DNA of 3,793 nt from Naegleria gruberi. Taxonomy: Eukaryota. How positions within the stretch are numbered: the first letter of the stretch is position 1; every line of letters starts with the position of its first letter. Location: the NCBI GenBank assembly GCA_000004985.1, contig GG739207.1; one strand, 5' to 3'. Below the pieces are notes generated by a model that was given only the letters and a program-made list of their open reading frames with translations, was not told where the DNA came from and made no database searches. Both the position numbers and the translations under genes were made by a program. Below are positions 1 to 3,793 of this stretch, piece after piece.

Positions 1-1
1 T

Positions 2-610
2 GATGAAGCTGCTGAATTATTTAATTTATATCATGGTTATACAATGTTTGCTGTTGGACATGGATTGAAAGCCTTGTTGATGAAATTCTCGATGGGTCAT
101 CAGATGGCAACAATTATTACTCATCCGATCATGGTGGGTATTCATAGGGTTGGATGTGATCTTTCCAATACTAGAGAATGGAAAGAAGAGTTGGGAAAGG
201 TTATTACTTTGAATGGAATGTTTGGAGGATTATTTAGAGGAATTATTCCACAATTAATTGCCAATTATTTGGTGAATATTGTGAATAGAAGTAATGTTTT
301 TAATGGATTGGTGATTCCTGGAATTTCTTATTATCCTTTTCTTGGGGAAATTTTCCCATTTGTGAAGAGAGTAATGATTGGAGTGGCTGCTGGTTTAGTT
401 AGCTATCCATTTACAACTTTATCTTTGAGAATGCAAATGAATCCTGAAGTGGCAATGGGTGATATTATTTCAGAAATGACCAATGAAGGAATATCTGGAA
501 TATATGCTGGATTTGCCACTCATCTTGTTGCTAATATTCTCACTGCTGTTTTACACAAATTCTTGGATTTGGTTATTAGAAAACCACTCAAGACACAGAG
601 ATACTATTAA
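2..610 (+). CDS. 3' portion (5'-partial, ORF open to the window edge) of a mitochondrial-carrier-family-like membrane protein with degenerate signature motifs. It resembles non-transporting carriers (Ugo1/MTCH/SLC25A46-like) rather than a canonical SLC25 transporter.
   Basis: Frame 2 is open from nt 2 with no stop (DEAAELFNLYHGYT precedes the first ATG at 44), through the TAA at 608-610. The translation shows two carrier-type repeats. Each has a Pro-kinked odd helix then a G-x-x-x-aromatic-x-G element: 'HPIMVGIHRV ... GMFGGLFRGIIPQL' and 'YPFTTLSLRMQ ... GISGIYAGFATHLV'. Four hydrophobic helices are present in a TM3-TM6 layout. The canonical P-x-[DE]-x-x-[KR]-x-[KR] charged residues are missing (P-I-M-V-G-I-H-R and P-F-T-T-L-S-L-R). 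Codon usage is coherent and there is no in-frame CTG. The Ugo1-like assignment is inference from motif degeneracy, not a database hit. Confidence 0.6.
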   Translation, partial: DEAAELFNLYHGYTMFAVGHGLKALLMKFSMGHQMATIITHPIMVGIHRVGCDLSNTREWKEELGKVITLNGMFGGLFRGIIPQLIANYLVNIVNRSNVFNGLVIPGISYYPFLGEIFPFVKRVMIGVAAGLVSYPFTTLSLRMQMNPEVAMGDIISEMTNEGISGIYAGFATHLVANILTAVLHKFLDLVIRKPLKTQRYY

Positions 611-796
611 TTATTAGTATCATTACGCATTTCACTATTGGATCAATTAATGGGTGACAAGGAGGAATCGATATCATTAAAATTGATGGATGAATTTAAA
701 AATCTTTATTGAAATACTGATTAGAATGTGATCAACTTTTAGAATTTCACTTTAACAAAATATTAATTTTATTTGTAATTGGAAGCAACAATCATT

Positions 797-1990
797 TTAA
801 CATTGATTTAAATCTTTACGAAACTGCTGCATCCATTCATCTGTGACTGTTTGTGTAATGGCATTTGTTAAAACTTGTTTGACATTTCCCGGGATAAGCA
901 TTGCAAATGTGTCATTAAGAAGCAAGTTAATACCATCTAAGGTCGATTTTGGTTTTCTTTTCTTGTTAAAAAAACCACGAATTTGCCTGATTAATCTATC
1001 ATTTAAAATTTTCATGGCCATTCTTTCAGTAATTATTAAATTTGTCTCAGTGGTCAGGTGGAAATGCAAAGTAGTGATTGAAGTGATGTCCTTGTCTTGA
1101 TACTTTCTTAACCATACTAAATACGAAGTGCCAAAACATTTTTGCATAATATAGGACAAACACATTTTTTCAAAGGTTACCTTAATATCATCAGGGTCCT
1201 TTGCGTTCTGATAGAGAACATAATACTTCAATCTCCATCTTTTAGAATTGTCTCTACAATAAACACAAAGATCACAATCACAAGAATAGTTTCTTTTCTT
1301 ATCCCATTCGATTGGACCAAAACTGAAAGCCTTCAAAAAACTGTCTATCGCACCTCTTATTGTCTTGGATTGGGCAAATAGAACTTTACCATTGCCTATT
1401 GCAGTTTGGATAGTATTTCTAATTGTTTCTATTAATTTAGTAACATCGAGTGTGACAGAACAGTCCTTCTGATCCTTAATACACCCAATCAATTCAACCT
1501 CGACAGCCGCTTTTTTCAAGTTCTCATGTTTTGATAATGTTTGAAAATTCCAACATTGATTCATTGTCGTCTTAATGGAAGCGTAATAATCATAGGTAAG
1601 TTTTGGCTCACTATAGTTTTCTACTATGGTTCTGAATACAGCCGTAGATAAAATATGATCAGCAGCCTGATCAGTATTCAATTGTTTCATATCTCTAAAT
1701 TTTTGCTGGGCACCTCCGTTTCTGAAGAAATGGTTTGGTTTCTCTGTTTTTCCTGTTAAATTATAATATTTGCCTATCACATCAAAAAATTCTTGCATTG
1801 AAAGAGAAACTTTATGGTCCTTACATCCATATCTTACATATTCCTGTATTTCTTCGTTGTTGGATGTTTGGAGAGCACTGGCTAGCTCCCGCAAATTAAT
1901 ATTGATCAGTTTTTCCATGAAGAAAGCAGTTTCAATATTTTTTTCGATAAATTTTTTTGCTGTTATTATGTCTAACAATTTGATTTTAAT
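797..1990 (-). CDS. Hypothetical protein of unknown function, at least ~398 aa; N-terminus not resolved because the ORF runs into the assembly gap. Contains a compact cysteine cluster S-C-D-C-D-L-C-V-Y-C.
   Basis: A long uninterrupted minus-strand ORF ends at the TAA at 797-799. It is 1194 nt of real sequence up to the N run, and the only long ORF at this locus; plus-strand ORFs 843-1100, 1142-1381 and 1770-2300 are short antisense shadows. The first Met in real sequence is at 1916-1918, but 24 further stop-free codons precede it up to the gap, so the true start is probably in or beyond the gap. The cysteine cluster is encoded at 1256-1282. One in-frame CTG codon lies at 1055-1057. The product is not recognisable by eye, so the family is unassigned. 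Confidence 0.55.
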   Translation of the reverse strand: MKIKLLDIITAKKFIEKNIETAFFMEKLININLRELASALQTSNNEEIQEYVRYGCKDHKVSLSMQEFFDVIGKYYNLTGKTEKPNHFFRNGGAQQKFRDMKQLNTDQAADHILSTAVFRTIVENYSEPKLTYDYYASIKTTMNQCWNFQTLSKHENLKKAAVEVELIGCIKDQKDCSVTLDVTKLIETIRNTIQTAIGNGKVLFAQSKTIRGAIDSFLKAFSFGPIEWDKKRNYSCDCDLCVYCRDNSKRWRLKYYVLYQNAKDPDDIKVTFEKMCLSYIMQKCFGTSYLVWLRKYQDKDITSITTLHFHLTTETNLIITERMAMKILNDRLIRQIRGFFNKKRKPKSTLDGINLLLNDTFAMLIPGNVKQVLTNAITQTVTDEWMQQFRKDLNQC

Positions 1991-2290
1991 NNNNNNNNNN
2001 NNNNNNNNNNNNNNNNNNNNNNNNNNNNNNNNNNNNNNNNNNNNNNNNNNNNNNNNNNNNNNNNNNNNNNNNNNNNNNNNNNNNNNNNNNNNNNNNNNNN
2101 NNNNNNNNNNNNNNNNNNNNNNNNNNNNNNNNNNNNNNNNNNNNNNNNNNNNNNNNNNNNNNNNNNNNNNNNNNNNNNNNNNNNNNNNNNNNNNNNNNNN
2201 NNNNNNNNNNNNNNNNNNNNNNNNNNNNNNNNNNNNNNNNNNNNNNNNNNNNNNNNNNNNNNNNNNNNNNNNNNNNNNNNNNNNNNNNNN
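1991..2290. other. Assembly or scaffold gap (300 consecutive N).
   Basis: Exactly 300 n characters read directly from the sequence. The ORF-track 'X' runs in 797-2314 and 1770-2300 are translations of these Ns, not real sequence. The true size of the missing sequence is unknown. Confidence 0.98.
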
Positions 2291-2296
2291 TTGGAA

Positions 2297-3166
2297 ATGA
2301 AGGATCTTCATCATATCATGAAGGATATGAATAACATTGGTGATGAGAGGGAGAATGCTAGTGAAGAGTGGTGGAATTCATTGGCTCTTAATATACCTGG
2401 ACCTTCCGAATCATCAATATCTTCATCTCCTAAGCAATCTTCCAATACTAATAATAATACAAGTATTAGTAGCAATAATAGTAATACTAATGAGGGTTTA
2501 AAGATAAATATGAGCCTAATTAAAGCCTTTAACGATAGTGGCACTAGTGAAAACCTTAATTTAAATAATAGCAATGATAATATTAATAATAGTAGTAAAC
2601 GTGATGACGATTCCGATGATGAAGATGATGAAGAGAACGAGGATGAATTATTAACTTTATCATCATTGGCAAAATTAAGGAAATTAATTCCCAGAATTCC
2701 AAAACTTATTCCACCCGATGAAAATGGTGCAGAAAGATCTTCCACCTTAAACATGCTCAATTTAACTTCTCCAAAGAAATCAAGTAATAATAGTAGAGGA
2801 ATAGTTTCATTAACATCCGAAACTGAAAACTTGTTAAAATCTCCAAAACAGCAATTAGATTCTAAGAGGACAGATTTGTCTATACTTTTAGATAATGAAC
2901 CTGGCGATCATTTTAATGTGTTTAGTTTATCAAATTCGCCCAAAAAGAGCACAACCTCGAAACGAAACTTTGACAATACATTAGAAACTTTGAGTAAGGT
3001 GTATAGTCCAAAGCAGAATAATATCAACTTGGAAACTATAACAATACCCAAGAAGGAATATGAGGATTTAAAAACTGATAATGTTATCCTTCAGGGAAGA
3101 TTAATTCAAATGGAACTAATTCATGAAAAATTATTACAAATGATATTAAACAATAAATCGAATTAG
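2297..3166 (+). CDS. Ser/Asn-rich low-complexity protein (~290 aa visible) with an acidic D/E tract, repeated SPK[KQ] motifs and a C-terminal leucine-zipper-like heptad repeat. Function unknown, possibly a regulatory nuclear protein. The start is uncertain because the frame is open upstream into the gap.
   Basis: The ORF runs from the first ATG after the gap (2297-2299; the frame is already open at 2291) to the TAG at 3164-3166. Four composition features are visible: a S/N-rich tract (residues ~41-102), an acidic run DDDSDDEDDEENEDE (nt 2603-2647), five S-P-K-[KQ] motifs (SSPKQ, TSPKKS, KSPKQQ, NSPKKS, YSPKQN), and a C-terminal heptad with L/L/M/L at d positions and N/L/H/I at a positions (nt ~3068-3145). 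No in-frame CTG. Because the region is low-complexity, the coding call rests mainly on ORF length in AT-rich DNA and coherent yeast-like codon usage. Confidence 0.5.
   Translation: MKDLHHIMKDMNNIGDERENASEEWWNSLALNIPGPSESSISSSPKQSSNTNNNTSISSNNSNTNEGLKINMSLIKAFNDSGTSENLNLNNSNDNINNSSKRDDDSDDEDDEENEDELLTLSSLAKLRKLIPRIPKLIPPDENGAERSSTLNMLNLTSPKKSSNNSRGIVSLTSETENLLKSPKQQLDSKRTDLSILLDNEPGDHFNVFSLSNSPKKSTTSKRNFDNTLETLSKVYSPKQNNINLETITIPKKEYEDLKTDNVILQGRLIQMELIHEKLLQMILNNKSN
2411..2596 (+). repeat. Low-complexity Asn/Ser-rich coding tract (aat/agt/agc/tca codon reiteration) within the 2297-3166 CDS.
   Basis: The translation SSISSSPKQSSNTNNNTSISSNNSNTNEG...NLNLNNSNDNINNSS is dominated by N and S, from repeated aat/agt/agc/tct triplets. 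Its antisense strand gives the spurious poly-Leu/poly-Ser ORF 2311-2760. Confidence 0.6.
2603..2647 (+). repeat. Acidic D/E-rich tract (gat/gaa codon reiteration) within the 2297-3166 CDS.
   Basis: gatgacgattccgatgatgaagatgatgaagagaacgaggatgaa encodes DDDSDDEDDEENEDE. Confidence 0.6.
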
Positions 3167-3214
3167 TTATAAATACTATTACTAAATTGTTAATAGATAT
3201 GCCAACTTGATTAT

Positions 3215-3226
3215 AAAATGATAAAA
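3215..3226 (-). terminator. Putative pol III terminator: two T4 runs on the tRNA sense strand, immediately 3' of the tRNA.
   Basis: Downstream of the discriminator the sense strand reads ATCAG TTTT ATCA TTTT ATAATC (+ strand aaaa at 3223-3226 and 3215-3218). The runs are only 4 T each, shorter than the T5-T6 preferred in S. cerevisiae, hence the moderate confidence. Confidence 0.4.
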
Positions 3227-3242
3227 CTGATCGCGGTCTACA

Positions 3243-3253
3243 GGACTCGAACC
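3243..3253 (-). promoter_or_regulatory. Internal pol III B box of the tRNA-Ser gene.
   Basis: The T-arm sequence GGTTCGAGTCC (+ strand ggactcgaacc) matches the B-box consensus GGTTCGANTCC exactly. Confidence 0.75.
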
Positions 3254-3294
3254 TGTGCGGGTCTCCCCAATTGATTTCTAGTCAATCACCTTAA

Positions 3295-3305
3295 CCACTC
3301 GGTCA
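3295..3305 (-). promoter_or_regulatory. Internal pol III A box of the tRNA-Ser gene.
   Basis: tRNA positions 8-18 read TGACCGAGTGG, matching the A-box consensus TRGCNNAGTGG with one deviation. Confidence 0.7.
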
Positions 3306-3793
3306 AGACCGCTTCTCCTTAATGAACACCTTTACAAAAAATTGCATAATTCCCTCTTTTTAAATACCCAACAGACCAATAATTGACAACAAAACAATTT
3401 TTTCATTCTATAAATTCATTGTTGTATTAGAAACGAGAGAATCGTAGATGAGATGATGACAAAAGACTCCTTCAGTTTGAATATTTGAATTAGTTTCAAC
3501 TGCATTTCTGTTGGAAAGGAATTGCATTGCCGTATATCACCAATAGGATGGCGATTAATGTTGAGAATTTTCAATTTGGCAAGCTTACTCAATACTTTCG
3601 CCCTTCAAACTTGTTAAACTTTGTAAAGTGTTAATATTAATGACTCCACCATTAACATTAGTATTTATATCAATAATCTATTGAAGGCAACAACAAAATA
3701 TAAATCATTCATTGTATAAAATATACAACTCGTAATAGCAATAAAGTACAATGAAGAATATTTTTCCTCANGATTCATAATTTTCAGAATTGA

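Larger units (their letters stand above)
3232..3312 (-). tRNA. tRNA-Ser(AGA), class II (long variable arm), 81 nt, no intron, no encoded CCA.
   Basis: The reverse complement of 3232-3312 is GCGGTCT TG ACC GAGTGGTTAA GGT G ATTGA CTAGAAA TCAAT TGGGGAGACCCGC ACAGG TTCGAGT CCTGT AGACCGC G. It has a 7-bp acceptor stem (GCGGTCT/AGACCGC), a 3-bp D stem (ACC/GGT) with a GG-containing D loop, and a 5-bp anticodon stem (ATTGA/TCAAT). The loop is C-U-A-G-A-A-A, giving anticodon AGA (+ strand tct at 3277-3279). The variable arm is 13 nt with a GGG/CCC stem, the T arm is ACAGG-TTCGAGT-CCTGT, and the discriminator is G. It is near-identical in architecture to the well-known yeast tRNA-Ser(AGA). Confidence 0.9.

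Noticed and set aside
1770-2300. Plus-strand ORF 1770-2300 (176 aa, mostly X), and plus-strand ORFs 843-1100 and 1142-1381.
   Set aside because: All are antisense to the long minus-strand CDS, are short and hydrophobic or low-complexity, and (for 1770-2300) are mostly translated from Ns. They are typical shadow ORFs in AT-rich coding DNA.
797-2314. ORF-track model 797-2314 with N-terminus 'MMKILHFQ' followed by 100 X residues.
   Set aside because: The 5' 324 nt of this ORF are the 300-N gap plus 24 nt (2291-2314) that are simply the antisense of the first codons of the plus-strand gene. Ns cannot contain stops, so the extension is an artefact. Only 797-1990 is supported.
2311-2760. Minus-strand ORF 2311-2760 encoding poly-Ser/poly-Leu (SSSSSSSESSS, LLLLLLILVLLL).
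   Set aside because: It is the antisense of the aat/agt and gat/gaa codon reiterations in the plus-strand CDS. It has a homopolymeric composition and no independent support, so it is a low-complexity shadow ORF.
3277-3279. Possibility that the tRNA is the CTG-clade reassigning tRNA-Ser(CAG).
   Set aside because: The anticodon read directly from the sequence is AGA (loop CUAGAAA), the standard UCN-family serine isoacceptor. It gives no direct evidence about CUG decoding.
3445-3465. C-box-like motif (gagATGATGAc, i.e. RUGAUGA) in the non-coding region, considered as a possible C/D snoRNA.
   Set aside because: No CUGA D box occurs anywhere downstream on the same strand (3459-3793 contains ctgc and ctgt only). 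The opposite-strand tcag at ~3472 has no partner TCATCA C box. No terminal stem could be found, so this is most likely a chance match in AT-rich DNA.
3751-3780. ATG at 3751 (atgaagaatatttttcctca n gattcataa) near the window end as a possible gene start.
   Set aside because: The frame hits TAA at 3778-3780 after 9 codons and contains an ambiguous base (n at 3771). It is not a credible CDS; the other two frames are also closed within the remaining sequence.
3313-3793. Solo LTR or retrotransposon remnant upstream of the tRNA gene, since pol III genes are Ty-type integration hotspots.
   Set aside because: I could find no TG...CA-bounded repeat, no target-site duplication, and no internal direct repeats beyond 8-mers (aattgcat x2, tttgaata/tttgaatt tandem). 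Only a weak 7-bp inverted repeat is present (tgttaat...attaaca at ~3626-3654). Nothing beyond generic AT-rich intergenic sequence can be claimed without a repeat database.
1-3793. Prokaryotic-style systems (CRISPR arrays, toxin-antitoxin pairs, defence islands, operons).
   Set aside because: The window is clearly eukaryotic: it has an intronless class-II tRNA with pol III A and B boxes and a T-run terminator, monocistronic genes in mixed orientation, yeast-like codon usage, and Asn/Ser-rich low-complexity proteins. No direct-repeat/spacer array or operonic gene packing is present.

Overview
This is an AT-rich (~1/3 GC) nuclear window from a eukaryote, most plausibly a budding yeast (Saccharomycotina). 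Leu is encoded by TTG/TTA and only one in-frame CTG codon occurs in about 890 codons, which hints at a Candida-like CTG-clade genome. The sequence comes from a draft assembly: a 300-nt N run lies at 1991-2290 and a single n at 3771. Four genes are supported: (i) the 3' part of a mitochondrial-carrier-like membrane protein with degenerate signature motifs (2-610, +, 5'-partial); (ii) a convergent minus-strand gene for a protein of unknown function (797-1990) that carries a CxCxxCxxC cysteine cluster and whose N-terminus is lost in the gap; (iii) a plus-strand gene (2297-3166) for a Ser/Asn-rich low-complexity protein with an acidic tract, SPK[KQ] motifs and a short C-terminal leucine-zipper-like heptad repeat, whose start is uncertain because the frame is open into the gap; (iv) an intronless 81-nt class-II tRNA-Ser(AGA) on the minus strand (3232-3312) with canonical pol III A and B boxes and a downstream T-run. 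The last ~480 bp (3313-3793) is AT-rich non-coding sequence upstream of the tRNA. I see no CRISPR array, operon, defence island or recognisable mobile element. There is no evidence here for a novel multi-gene system. The moderately interesting points are the two protein genes that I cannot place in a known family, and the degenerate carrier.
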